Positions 8,984-18,524 of a stretch of DNA of 32,000 nucleotides are shown here, in pieces. The notes below the pieces were generated by a model. The model was not told the DNA's origin, made no database searches, and saw only the letters and a program-made list of their open reading frames with translations. The stretch covers positions 780,001 through 812,000 of the forward strand of contig NC_010814.1 of assembly GCF_000020385.1 (NCBI RefSeq), given 5' to 3'. Made by a program: the position numbers and the translations under genes. Numbering within the stretch: the stretch's first letter is position 1; each line of letters starts with the position of its first letter. The stretch is from Trichlorobacter lovleyi SZ. GTDB taxonomy: Bacteria > Desulfobacterota > Desulfuromonadia > Geobacterales > Pseudopelobacteraceae.

Positions 8984-9669
8984 ACAGCGGTCGCTTCTGG
9001 GCGGAAGTGTGGATGGTACTGGTGCTGCTGGTGATTGCCACCGGACTGCTGGCCCACAGCGGTGCGGATCTGCAGCTTGCGACGTACTTTTATCAGGCCG
9101 GAGGCTGGCCGACCGGTGAACAGTTCCCCTGGAAGCTGCTCTACCGGATTGACCGGATCCCGGCACTGCTGCTGGCATTGGGCTGGTTGGTTGTCGTGAT
9201 TCGCAGCTTTGCTGTCCCATCGCTTCGTCAGTGGCGGCGTGCCGGCATCTTCATGGTGCTGCTGCTGATCCTGGGGCCCGGGTTGTTAGTGAACAGTGTT
9301 TTCAAAGAACACTGGGGCCGTCCCCGTCCCCGTGAGGTCATACAGCTGGGGGGCAGCAAAGAGTTTCTGCAGCCCTGGCAGCCGGGAATCAGCGGCCAGG
9401 GACGCTCCTTCCCTTCAGGTCATTCTTCTGCTGCCTTTTATCTGTTGGCCCCCTGGTTTATCTATCGCCATCGTAAACCGTTTGCTGCGCGCTGCTGGCT
9501 TTCCGGCGGGATCGGGTTTGGTGTTCTGATGAGTGTGGCCCGGATTACCCAGGGAGGGCATTTCCTGACAGATTGTCTCTGGGCCTTTGGCATGGTCTGG
9601 CTGACCGGGCAGCTGCTGGCGGCCGTACTGTTGCCGGAACAGGAGAATGGCGAGGGGCTATCGTCATGA
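8980..9669 (+). CDS. PAP2-family membrane phosphatase (candidate lipid A 1- or 4'-phosphatase, LpxE/LpxF-like)
   Basis: All three PAP2 motifs are present: KEHWGRPRP (9304-9330), PSGH (9412-9423) and SVARITQGGHFLTD (9532-9573). Several hydrophobic segments. ATGA overlaps on both sides, with lpxL at 8980 and waaA at 9666. Confidence 0.8.
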   Translation: MNSGRFWAEVWMVLVLLVIATGLLAHSGADLQLATYFYQAGGWPTGEQFPWKLLYRIDRIPALLLALGWLVVVIRSFAVPSLRQWRRAGIFMVLLLILGPGLLVNSVFKEHWGRPRPREVIQLGGSKEFLQPWQPGISGQGRSFPSGHSSAAFYLLAPWFIYRHRKPFAARCWLSGGIGFGVLMSVARITQGGHFLTDCLWAFGMVWLTGQLLAAVLLPEQENGEGLSS

Positions 9670-10961
9670 ACTGGTCGATCCTGTACCGTCTTCTGACACT
9701 GGCTGCGCTGCCGTTTGCTCTATTATACCACTGGTATCGCTCCATCAGCAGGGGCAGAAAGAGTGCCTTTGGTGAACGATTCGGGTTTCTGCCGGTGGCG
9801 GCTCAGAAGTCGCTGGCAGGACAGCCGGTTATCTGGTTGCATGCGGTCTCCGTGGGAGAGGTGATTGCCGGCCGGCCTTTGCTGAAAGGGTTACGGCAGC
9901 GGTATCCCGAGTACCGGCTGCTGCTCTCGGTTACCACTGAAACCGGTCGCAGTGTGGCTGAACAGGACCAGTTGGCTGATGTCATCACCTACTTTCCGTT
10001 TGATATTCATTTTGCCGTCTGCCGTCTGCTTGATGCTGTGAGGCCGCGGACGATTGTGATCATGGAAACCGAGATCTGGCCGGTCTTTACGTATGAGGCG
10101 CAGCGGCGCAGCATACCGCTCTTACTGGCCAATGGCCGGATATCGGCGCGTTCCTTCCCGCGTTACCGGCGCTTTGCCTGGTTCTTCAGGCCGGTGCTGC
10201 AACGTTTCAGTGGTCTGGGAATGCAAAGCATGGCTGATCTTGAACGGATACTGGCCATCGGTGCGCCGAAAGAGCGCAGCCGGGTTCTGGGTAACCTCAA
10301 GTACGATATACCGTTCAGTCCGGTTGCTGCTGATGAGCGGGGGCAACTGCGGCAGCACTACCGTATCCCGGCTGACCTGGCGGTGTTCTGTTGCGGCAGT
10401 ACCCATCCCGGTGAGGAAGAGCCGGTGTTGGCTGCCTATCAGGGGCTGCTCAGGCAGTTTCCCGCCTTGCTGCTGATTCTGGCACCGCGCCATCCCGAGC
10501 GGGTTGCCGAGGTTGAAACCACAGCCTGTGCCCTGGGATTGCCGGTGGTCCGCCGGTCCCGTCTGGGGCAGCAATCCGAAGGCTGCAATGCCGGCATGGT
10601 CCTGCTGGTTGACACGGTGGGAGAGCTGATGCAACTGTACGCCCTGTCTGATCTGGCCTACGTGGGGGGCAGCCTGGTCCCCACCGGTGGCCATAACCTG
10701 CTGGAGCCTGCCTCGCGGGGGATTCCGATCCTGTTTGGTCCCCACATGGATAATTTTCAGGAGATCACAGCTCTGACACTTGCCTACGGGGCCGGGGTGC
10801 AGGTGACTGGGCAGCAGGAACTGCAGGATGCAGCAGCCGACTTTCTGGCAACGCCTGAGCTGCGGCATGTGGTGGGCACCAATGGTCTCAAGCTGCTGCG
10901 TGACAGCGGCGGCGCGGTTGAACGTCATCTGGCCATGCTGCACGGAGTGCTGCAGCAATGA
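9666..10961 (+). CDS. waaA: 3-deoxy-D-manno-octulosonic acid (Kdo) transferase WaaA/KdtA
   Basis: N-terminal TM helix, VIWLHAVSVGEV motif, C-terminal VGGSLVPTGGHNLLEPA motif. The internal ATG at 9666 was chosen over the ORF-track start at 9573, which overlaps the PAP2 gene. Confidence 0.93.
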   Translation: MNWSILYRLLTLAALPFALLYHWYRSISRGRKSAFGERFGFLPVAAQKSLAGQPVIWLHAVSVGEVIAGRPLLKGLRQRYPEYRLLLSVTTETGRSVAEQDQLADVITYFPFDIHFAVCRLLDAVRPRTIVIMETEIWPVFTYEAQRRSIPLLLANGRISARSFPRYRRFAWFFRPVLQRFSGLGMQSMADLERILAIGAPKERSRVLGNLKYDIPFSPVAADERGQLRQHYRIPADLAVFCCGSTHPGEEEPVLAAYQGLLRQFPALLLILAPRHPERVAEVETTACALGLPVVRRSRLGQQSEGCNAGMVLLVDTVGELMQLYALSDLAYVGGSLVPTGGHNLLEPASRGIPILFGPHMDNFQEITALTLAYGAGVQVTGQQELQDAAADFLATPELRHVVGTNGLKLLRDSGGAVERHLAMLHGVLQQ

Positions 10962-12040
10962 CAGGGGCTGTCTGGTGGCGTGGCATGGCTGACGGGAGCA
11001 ATCGGAGTGCCGCTGCTTTTGCCCTGAAACTGCTGCTGGCTCCCTTTGCGCTGTTATACGGAACGGCACTGTGTATCAGGGCTCTGCTCTATCAGGCCGG
11101 TATTCTGGCCACTCACCGTCTGCCTTGTCCGGTCATTTCCGTCGGCAACCTCACAGTCGGCGGCACCGGCAAGACTCCGGTAACCATTCTGCTTGCCCGG
11201 GAACTGCAGCATCGCGGTTGCAGGGTTGCGGTCCTGTCCCGTGGTTACGGCGGCTCCCTTGAGGGGCAGGTCGCCGTGGTGAGCGACGGTGAATCATTGC
11301 TGCTTGGGCCAGGACAGGCCGGTGATGAACCCTGCCTGCTGGCCCGAAGCGTGGCAGGTCTGATCGTGGTTATCGGCTCAGATCGTTATCAGGCCGGTCT
11401 GACGGTACTGGAACGCTTTAGGCCTGATGTGCTGCTGCTGGACGATGGTTTTCAACATATCCGCCTGTACCGGGATCTGAATATCCTGCTGTTGGATGCA
11501 GCCCGTCCGTTCGGCAATGGCTGGACCGTACCGCTGGGGCTACTGCGGGAACCTCGTACGGCATTGAAACGGGCTGATCTGGCACTGTTTACCCGCTGTC
11601 ATGGTACTGAGATGCTGCCGCCGCTTACACTGCCAACCAGCCGGTCATACCACCGTCTGGCCAGCTTCCAGCTCTTAGTGACCGGAAATGCGGTGTCGCT
11701 TGAACAGCTGCAGCAGGGCCGGGTTGCGGCCTTTGCCGGTATCGCTGAGCCGTCGGCATTTTTTGAGGCGCTCCGGCAGATCGGTATTGAGCCGGTTGCG
11801 ACCCTCAGTCTACCCGACCATGAACCCTATCATGCCGCAGGGCTGCAGCAGCTGGAAGCTCTGGTTGCATCGGCAGAGCCGGACTGGCTGATCACCACAG
11901 AGAAGGACGGGATCAAGCTACAGGGGGGGGGATACGCCTGGAGTTCCCGTCTGGTAACCGCGCGTCTTGAGGTTCAGCTTGAGGACCGGGAACTGCTTGC
12001 AAGAGCCCTTGATAAACTGTTTCAAATCGGTCCTGAGTAA
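10958..12040 (+). CDS. lpxK: Tetraacyldisaccharide 4'-kinase LpxK
   Basis: P-loop [21 protein letters not shown] and LLDDGFQH motifs. ATGA overlap with waaA. Confidence 0.93.
   Translation: MTGAVWWRGMADGSNRSAAAFALKLLLAPFALLYGTALCIRALLYQAGILATHRLPCPVISVGNLTVGGTGKTPVTILLARELQHRGCRVAVLSRGYGGSLEGQVAVVSDGESLLLGPGQAGDEPCLLARSVAGLIVVIGSDRYQAGLTVLERFRPDVLLLDDGFQHIRLYRDLNILLLDAARPFGNGWTVPLGLLREPRTALKRADLALFTRCHGTEMLPPLTLPTSRSYHRLASFQLLVTGNAVSLEQLQQGRVAAFAGIAEPSAFFEALRQIGIEPVATLSLPDHEPYHAAGLQQLEALVASAEPDWLITTEKDGIKLQGGGYAWSSRLVTARLEVQLEDRELLARALDKLFQIGPE
11923..11931 (+). repeat. Homopolymeric G9 tract inside lpxK (codons QGGGY)
   Basis: Direct count: c a then nine consecutive g at 11923-11931. Confidence 0.95.
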
Positions 12041-12059
12041 GGCATACTCTTAAATTGCC

Positions 12060-13139
12060 ATGAAGAGTTCCCAACATGCTGAAATAGCCGGGCAGGCTGC
12101 CGTACAGAGGGTGCTGGTCCGGGCGGTTAACTGGATTGGTGACGCGGTCATGACCACTCCGGCGCTTATGGCAGTACGGGAAACCTATCCCCGGGCAGAG
12201 ATTACGCTGCTGGCCAACCCGCTGGTGGGACAACTGCTGCAGGGGCATCCGGCACTGGATCGGGTTATGCTGTTTGATCGTAAGTTAAAGCACCGTGGTC
12301 TGCTGGGGCGGTTGCGTCTGGCACGGCAACTGGCTGCGGAACGGTTCGATCTGGCGGTTATCCTGCCCAACTCCTTCGATTCTGCCCTGATCCCCTGGCT
12401 GGCAAGGATTCCGGTACGGATCGGCAAGGCCTCGGATGGACGCAGTCTGCTGTTGACCCACCGTTTTTACGAGCAGTCGCCGTCTGCAGAGCGGCACGAG
12501 GTGCAGTATTATTGTGAGCTGCTGGCGGCATTCGGCATCTCTGCTGAACAGTCGACACCAACACTCGCCGTCACTGCTCAGGAGGAGCAAGAGGTCTCAA
12601 CGCTGCTGGCAGAACATGGCATCTCTGCAGAGGAGATGGTACTTGGTGTCAATGCCGGTGCCAGTTTCGGCTCGGCAAAACGCTGGTACCCGGAACGGTT
12701 TGCCAACGTTGCCCAACGCCTTGCCGCCTCGTGGGGGGCGCGGGTTATCCTGTTCGGCGGCCCGGATGAGCAGGAGCTCGTGGCGGTGATCGAGCGGGAA
12801 ATGGCAGGAAACTGTCTGAATCTGGCAGGTAAGACCACGGTTCGTCAACTGATGGCGTTGATCAACCGCTGCAACTTTTTTGTCACCAATGATTCCGGGC
12901 CGATGCATATTGCTGCTGCCTTTGGCGTGCCGTTGGTGGCGATTTTTGGTCCCACGGACCATAGGGGTACGGCTCCCTGCTCTGATAAGGCGGTGATTGT
13001 GCGCCAGACGATTGACTGTGCCCCTTGTAAATTGCGGGTCTGTCCGACCGACCACCGTTGCATGACGGCGGTGACGGTGGAGGATGTAGTGAAGTCTGCA
13101 AACCTGTTATGGAAGAACAAAGGAGTCAAGACACGATGA
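12060..13139 (+). CDS. waaF: ADP-heptose:LPS heptosyltransferase II (GT9), WaaF-like
   Basis: By-eye alignment to E. coli WaaF along the whole length: [96 protein letters not shown]. Confidence 0.85.
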   Translation: MKSSQHAEIAGQAAVQRVLVRAVNWIGDAVMTTPALMAVRETYPRAEITLLANPLVGQLLQGHPALDRVMLFDRKLKHRGLLGRLRLARQLAAERFDLAVILPNSFDSALIPWLARIPVRIGKASDGRSLLLTHRFYEQSPSAERHEVQYYCELLAAFGISAEQSTPTLAVTAQEEQEVSTLLAEHGISAEEMVLGVNAGASFGSAKRWYPERFANVAQRLAASWGARVILFGGPDEQELVAVIEREMAGNCLNLAGKTTVRQLMALINRCNFFVTNDSGPMHIAAAFGVPLVAIFGPTDHRGTAPCSDKAVIVRQTIDCAPCKLRVCPTDHRCMTAVTVEDVVKSANLLWKNKGVKTR

Positions 13140-14218
13140 AGAAGGCTTTGATCACCGGTATCACCGGCCAGGACGGTGCCTATCTGGCCGAACTGCTGCT
13201 TGAGAAGGGGTATGAGGTCCACGGCATCAAGCGGCGTGCCTCCCTGTTCAACACCGACCGGATTGACCATCTCTATCAGGACCCCCATGAAAAGGGGCGC
13301 CGGTTGGTCCTGCACTACGGAGACATGACCGACTCCACCAACCTGATCCGGATCATTCAGGCCGTGCAACCGGACGAGATCTACAACCTGGCAGCCCAGT
13401 CCCATGTTGCCGTCTCCTTTGAGACCCCTGAATACACCGCCAATGCCGACGCCATCGGTCCTTTGCGGATTCTGGAGGCGATCCGGATCTTGGGGCTTGA
13501 GAAAAAGACCCGCTTCTACCAGGCCTCCACCTCCGAACTCTACGGCCTGGTCCAGGAAATTCCCCAGAAGGAAACCACCCCCTTCTATCCCCGGTCCCCC
13601 TATGCCGTAGCCAAACTCTACGCCTACTGGATCACCGTCAACTACCGCGAAGCCTACGGCATCTACGGCTGCAACGGCATCCTCTTCAACCATGAATCAC
13701 CGTTGCGGGGAGAAACCTTTGTCACCCGCAAGATCACCCGTGCCCTGGCCCGGATCAAACTGGGGCTTCAGGACTGCCTCTACCTGGGCAACCTTGACTC
13801 CCTGCGGGACTGGGGCCATGCCAAAGACTATGTCGAAATGCAATGGCTGCTGATGCAACAGGAGCACCCTGAAGACTGGGTCATTGCCACCGGTATCCAG
13901 CACAGCGTCAGAGAGTTCGTCAATGCCGCCGCTGAAGAACTTGGGATGAAAATCAGCTGGCAGGGCAGTGGAATCGATGAAACCGGTACCGACCAAAGCG
14001 GTAGAGTGATTGTCAGGGTTGATCCCCGTTACTTCCGTCCCACCGAAGTCGAAACCCTGCTGGGAGATCCGGGCAAGGCCCGTGAGAAACTGGGCTGGAC
14101 GCCGAAGATCAGCTTTAAGGAACTGGTTGCCGAAATGGTTCGTGAAGATCTGAAGGCAGCTGAACGGGATGAGCTGGTCAAAAAGCACGGCTACCAGGCG
14201 TTTGACTATAATGAGTAG
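13136..14218 (+). CDS. gmd: GDP-mannose 4,6-dehydratase
   Basis: [56 protein letters not shown] (YxxxK), [20 protein letters not shown]. The internal ATG at 13136 (ATGA overlap with waaF) was chosen over the ORF-track start at 13058. Confidence 0.95.
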   Translation: MKKALITGITGQDGAYLAELLLEKGYEVHGIKRRASLFNTDRIDHLYQDPHEKGRRLVLHYGDMTDSTNLIRIIQAVQPDEIYNLAAQSHVAVSFETPEYTANADAIGPLRILEAIRILGLEKKTRFYQASTSELYGLVQEIPQKETTPFYPRSPYAVAKLYAYWITVNYREAYGIYGCNGILFNHESPLRGETFVTRKITRALARIKLGLQDCLYLGNLDSLRDWGHAKDYVEMQWLLMQQEHPEDWVIATGIQHSVREFVNAAAEELGMKISWQGSGIDETGTDQSGRVIVRVDPRYFRPTEVETLLGDPGKAREKLGWTPKISFKELVAEMVREDLKAAERDELVKKHGYQAFDYNE

Positions 14219-15980
14219 CGCTGTCTCGCAACGACATGTCCTGCTGAGAACCCTTGACTACCTCAGGCCCTACTGGGGACTGCTGGTGGTTTCAGCCCTG
14301 TGTTCGATGGTGGTGGGTGCCATGGATGGTGCCTTTGCCTATCTGGTCGAGCCGGTACTCAAAAAAATATTTGCTGGCAAGGATACCGGTATCTTCCTGC
14401 TGGTGCCGATTGGTATCATCGCCCTCTTTGTGCTGCGCGGCATCTGTCGCTTTACCTACGACACCACCATCAAGCTGGCAGGTCAGAAGGCGATTCAGGA
14501 TATCCGCAATGACCTGTACGGCAGCACCATCAGGAAGGATATGGCCTTTTATAACCGGCAGGCCACCGGTGAGCTGATGTCCCGCATGACCAACGACATC
14601 GGCATGATGCAGGATGGTATGGCCAACGTGGTCTGCGGTCTGTTCCGTGATCTGATCTCCTTCCTGTCGTTGCTGGTGGTGATCTTTTACCGCAACTGGC
14701 AGCTGGCAATCCTGTGCTTTATTGTGTTGCCGGTGACGATTTATCCTGCCCAGCTGATCGGCAAAAAGATCAAGAACGCGGCCCGGCGCAGTCTGGATGT
14801 CATGGGGGGGATCGGCTCAATCCTGCAGGAGACCTTTTCCGGTATCAAGGTGATCAAGGCCTTTGGCCTTGAAACGCGGGTGATTGAGCGCTTTCGCACT
14901 GAAAACCTGGCCTTTCTGAACCAGTATAAACGGTTTATCAAATATGAATCGCTGGCCATGCCGGTGTCCGAGATGATCATTTCTCTGGGGATTGCCGCAG
15001 TCGTCTATCTGGGGGGAAGTCAGGTCCTGTCGGGGCGGATGTCTGCCTCAGAGCTGTTCTCTTTTATCGCTGCCATGATCATGCTGTTTAACCCGGTCAA
15101 GAAGCTGCAGGGATCCTGGAATGTGGTGCAACGCTCTTCCGGCGGTGCCGAGCGGGTCTTTCAGCTGATGGATGCACAACGCCTGATCGTTGACAAAGAT
15201 GCTACCGTTGAATTGGCACGGGTCAGCGGCAGGGTGGAGTTGCATGAGGTCTCCTTCAGCTACGGTGATGAACCGGTGCTGCAGAATATCTCTCTGTCCG
15301 TTGAACCGGGCCGGATGGTGGCGCTGGTTGGGCCGTCCGGTGGGGGTAAATCGACACTGGCAGCGCTGTTGATGCGTTTTTACGATGTCAGCAGTGGTGC
15401 CATCCTGCTGGATGGGCATGACCTGCGTGCAATCAGCCTTGAATCGCTGAATCGCCAGTTTGCGCTGGTTGATCAGGAAACAACCCTGTTTAACGATACG
15501 ATTGCCAATAATATCCGCTATGGCTGGACCGATGCGTCCGATGCAGAGGTGGAGGCAGCTGCCCGGGCCGCCTTTGCCCATGATTTTATTCTGGAGCTTC
15601 CGGAAGGGTACGCCACCAATATCGGTGATCGCGGAGTGCGGTTGTCCGGCGGGCAGCGTCAACGGATCTGTATTGCCCGGGCGATCCTGAAGAATGCGCC
15701 GATCCTGATTCTGGATGAAGCCACCAGTGCGCTGGATACCGAGAGTGAGAAGATGGTGCAGCAGGCCCTGGACAACCTGATGCTGAACCGGACCACGTTT
15801 GTGATCGCGCACCGGCTTTCAACGGTGCTGCATGCCGATACCATCGTGGTACTGGAGAAAGGCCGGATTGTTGAGTGCGGCAGCCATGCCGATCTGGTTG
15901 AGGGGAGCGGGCTCTACAGCCGTTTGCACGCCCTGCAGTTCAGCGATCAGCCTGTCAAGGGCGATGCTGCCTCAGCGTGA
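14211..15980 (+). CDS. msbA: Lipid A export ABC transporter (flippase) MsbA
   Basis: Six-helix TMD followed by an NBD with Walker [10 protein letters not shown], signature LSGGQRQR and Walker [13 protein letters not shown]. Located within the lipid A/core operon. ATG at 14211 overlaps the gmd stop by 8 nt. Confidence 0.9.
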   Translation: MSSAVSQRHVLLRTLDYLRPYWGLLVVSALCSMVVGAMDGAFAYLVEPVLKKIFAGKDTGIFLLVPIGIIALFVLRGICRFTYDTTIKLAGQKAIQDIRNDLYGSTIRKDMAFYNRQATGELMSRMTNDIGMMQDGMANVVCGLFRDLISFLSLLVVIFYRNWQLAILCFIVLPVTIYPAQLIGKKIKNAARRSLDVMGGIGSILQETFSGIKVIKAFGLETRVIERFRTENLAFLNQYKRFIKYESLAMPVSEMIISLGIAAVVYLGGSQVLSGRMSASELFSFIAAMIMLFNPVKKLQGSWNVVQRSSGGAERVFQLMDAQRLIVDKDATVELARVSGRVELHEVSFSYGDEPVLQNISLSVEPGRMVALVGPSGGGKSTLAALLMRFYDVSSGAILLDGHDLRAISLESLNRQFALVDQETTLFNDTIANNIRYGWTDASDAEVEAAARAAFAHDFILELPEGYATNIGDRGVRLSGGQRQRICIARAILKNAPILILDEATSALDTESEKMVQQALDNLMLNRTTFVIAHRLSTVLHADTIVVLEKGRIVECGSHADLVEGSGLYSRLHALQFSDQPVKGDAASA

Positions 15981-15986
15981 CTGGTC

Positions 15987-16739
15987 ATGCCGATATCCGC
16001 CACCATCATCACCCTGAATGAAGGAGACAACATCGCTGACTGTCTTGCCGCTCTTGATTTTGTTGACGAGATCATCGTGCTTGATTCCGGCAGCTCCGAT
16101 CAAACGGAAGAGCTGTGCCGGGCCTGTCCCAAGGTCCGCTTTTATCATCAGGAGTGGCTGGGGTACGGGAGACAGAAAAACCGGGCCGCAGAACTGGCCC
16201 GGCATGACCTGATCCTGAATGTCGATGCCGATGAACGGGTCTCACCGCAGTTGCGGCGTTCAATCGAACAGTTCGACAGCAGCAGTTTTGCTGCGGCACG
16301 CATGGCGCGGGAAAACTATTTTGGCCGGCGCTGGATCCGGCACTGCGGCTGGTATCCTGACTATTCCAGCCGTCTGTATGATCGCCGTCGCTGCTCCTTC
16401 AGTGAACGTGCGGTGCATGAATCGCTGCAGACTGCCGGAGCGGTTGCCACGCTTGCAGGGAATCTGGTTCACTACACCTACAACGGCGTGGGTGACTACC
16501 TGGAGCGTATGAACAGGTATTCGACGCTGGCGGCAGAAGAGTACCATCGCGCCGGTAAAACCGCTGGACTGCTCCGGATGCTGGTCAAGCCGGTTGCCAC
16601 GTTTATCAAGATGTATCTGCTGCGCAGGGGCTTTCTGGATGGCCGGACCGGGTTGGTGCTGTCACTGCTCTATGCCGTCTACACCTTCTGTAAATATGCA
16701 AAACTGTCAGAGCTTAACGCTGAAGAACACCGAAAGTAG
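15987..16739 (+). CDS. Family 2 glycosyltransferase, LPS core type (KdtX/WaaE-like)
   Basis: ISATIITLNEGDNIADCLAALDFVDEIIVLDSGSSDQTEE, DxD-type motif NVDADE, C-terminal amphipathic/hydrophobic tail. Immediately downstream of msbA. Confidence 0.8.
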   Translation: MPISATIITLNEGDNIADCLAALDFVDEIIVLDSGSSDQTEELCRACPKVRFYHQEWLGYGRQKNRAAELARHDLILNVDADERVSPQLRRSIEQFDSSSFAAARMARENYFGRRWIRHCGWYPDYSSRLYDRRRCSFSERAVHESLQTAGAVATLAGNLVHYTYNGVGDYLERMNRYSTLAAEEYHRAGKTAGLLRMLVKPVATFIKMYLLRRGFLDGRTGLVLSLLYAVYTFCKYAKLSELNAEEHRK

Positions 16740-16746
16740 CCGCGCT

Positions 16747-17682
16747 ATGCCCAAACTCTATATTGAAGAATTTGTGGGAATAACCAATCGTCTGGAGACG
16801 CTGCCGCTGGCCTTTGCCATCCAGCAGGAGTTCGGCCACGATATCGTGCTTGACTGGCGGGAGCTTGACTCGTTTGAGGTTGAGGGAACCAGGCAGGGGC
16901 GTGTGACCTGGCTGACAAAGCTGGGGGCCGAACGGGTCAGGAACTGTGATGAGGCTGTCTTTAACGGACTGCGGGGGAAAAAGATCCTGCTGCGCTCACT
17001 GGACGGCCCTCCGCAGCGGCTGGACCCGATCTACATGCAGATCCCGCCGAAGCTGCATCTGAAACAGCATCTTGCCGATGCGGTCCGGGAGACATTTGCC
17101 AAAACGGCCGGCCGGCCGGTGGTGGGGGTGCATATCAGACACGGCGATTTCCAGGTTATTGATGCTGACAGCTACCGTATCGATGGCTATGAATGGCCTG
17201 CCGTGCCGGTCTGGTGGTATGAAAAGGCCATGGAGGCGCTGGTCCGTAAAAATCCGGAGATCTGTTTTTTCCTCTCCTGCACCGGTGACCCTGCCGCATA
17301 CGAGTCGCTGATGAAAAACTTTGACCTGATCACCCTCAACCAGGCATCGCATTACGCTTACAAGAATGCCGGTAATGATCACCATTCCCTCATCAACCCG
17401 GTGGCCGACCTCTTTGCCCTGGCCTGCTGTCCGGTGGTACTGGCAACACCGATCTCCGGCTATTCCCACTGGGCTGCCAACGTGCTGGGAGTGCCGGCAA
17501 CCTGTCTGGTCCCCCTGCCCGGGGCAACCAGAACAACGCCGGCAATCGGGATGGTAAATATCCATGGCAGCCGTTTGCCGCGCTGGAGAGCCGCCGGTCG
17601 TACCGGAAGCGATACCGTTGCACTGGACGATGACCTGGCAGGGCTTGAACTCGGCCAAACTGCGGATACCGGGTGGCTGTAA
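16747..17682 (+). CDS. Uncharacterised protein with GT11/GT23-type (fucosyltransferase-like) motifs
   Basis: VGVHIRHGDF resembles the HxRRGD(Y/F) motif of alpha-1,2-fucosyltransferases. It is followed by FFLSCTGD (compare the SDD motif) and ADLFALACCPVVLATPISGYSHWAA (compare the Cxx..NStFSWWaA motif). The internal ATG at 16747 was chosen over the ORF-track start at 16594, which overlaps the previous gene. Confidence 0.5.
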   Translation: MPKLYIEEFVGITNRLETLPLAFAIQQEFGHDIVLDWRELDSFEVEGTRQGRVTWLTKLGAERVRNCDEAVFNGLRGKKILLRSLDGPPQRLDPIYMQIPPKLHLKQHLADAVRETFAKTAGRPVVGVHIRHGDFQVIDADSYRIDGYEWPAVPVWWYEKAMEALVRKNPEICFFLSCTGDPAAYESLMKNFDLITLNQASHYAYKNAGNDHHSLINPVADLFALACCPVVLATPISGYSHWAANVLGVPATCLVPLPGATRTTPAIGMVNIHGSRLPRWRAAGRTGSDTVALDDDLAGLELGQTADTGWL

Positions 17683-18524
17683 TGGGGCAGCCAGACGGAG
17701 GCATAACGGCAGCAGTCAGTATCGTGATTCCGCTGTACAACCAGCTGGAGTATACCCGCGGTTGTCTGGATAGCCTGCGCCGTACCAGCGCTGCCGATGT
17801 CGAGCTGATTCTGGTGGATAACGCCTCAAGCGACGGGACTGCCGACTATCTGCAAACCGTGCCGGATCTGGTACTGATTGCCAACCGGGAAAACCGTGGT
17901 TTTGCCGGTGCCTGTAATCAGGGTATTCTGGCGGCATCTGGTGAGTGGATCGTGGTCATGAATAACGATGTCATCCTCAGTCAGGGCTGGTTGCAGGGGC
18001 TGCTGTCAGCTGCCGGTGAGCGGCAACTGGATATGGTCAGCCCGGCCATTCGTGAAGGTGACCTGAATTACGACCTTGATCCCTATGCAGAAGAGCTGAC
18101 CAACCGGATGAAGTCGGTTGTCAGATCCGGCACGGTCAACGGGATCTGTTTTATGGCACACCGCAGGGTGTTTGAAACCATCGGGGTTTTTGATGAAAAC
18201 TTCCGCATCGGTCAATATGAAGACAAAGACCTCTTTTTGCGCGCCCGGCGGGCCGGTTTCCGGCTGGGTACTGTGGGGGCGGCCTTTATCCATCACTTCG
18301 GTTCCATCACCCAGAAAGCGGTGGGAGCACGCCGTGAGACGCGGGACTACGCTCTGGCGAACAAGGCCTACTTCAGCCGCAAGTGGCACCTGCCCTGGTG
18401 GAAGCGGTTGTCCGAGCGAATCTGGAACAGGCTGAAAAACCGGCTGCACAGTCTCAGGGAAAAGCGGCGGTATGGCCATACCCTGATGGAAAAATGGGTT
18501 GACGGGCAGTTGCGCTATGACTAG
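17682..18524 (+). CDS. Family 2 glycosyltransferase
   Basis: VSIVIPLYNQLEYTRGCLDSLRR...ELILVDNASSDGTADYL, NRGFAGACNQG, VMNNDV. TAATG junction with the previous gene at 17682. The GTG at 17673 is an alternative start. Confidence 0.85.
   Translation: MGQPDGGITAAVSIVIPLYNQLEYTRGCLDSLRRTSAADVELILVDNASSDGTADYLQTVPDLVLIANRENRGFAGACNQGILAASGEWIVVMNNDVILSQGWLQGLLSAAGERQLDMVSPAIREGDLNYDLDPYAEELTNRMKSVVRSGTVNGICFMAHRRVFETIGVFDENFRIGQYEDKDLFLRARRAGFRLGTVGAAFIHHFGSITQKAVGARRETRDYALANKAYFSRKWHLPWWKRLSERIWNRLKNRLHSLREKRRYGHTLMEKWVDGQLRYD

Noticed and set aside
10122-11069. 315-aa minus-strand ORF opposite waaA/lpxK
   Set aside because: Antisense shadow ORF with low-complexity Gln/Pro/Arg-rich content. 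It spans a gene junction on the other strand, and both sense genes are well supported.
12845-13693. 282-aa minus-strand ORF opposite waaF/gmd
   Set aside because: Gly/Val-rich translation with no motifs. It lies antisense to a near-canonical Gmd and is a GC-driven artefact.
15048-15812. 254-aa minus-strand ORF opposite the msbA nucleotide-binding domain
   Set aside because: Antisense to Walker A, signature and Walker B motifs that read perfectly on the + strand.
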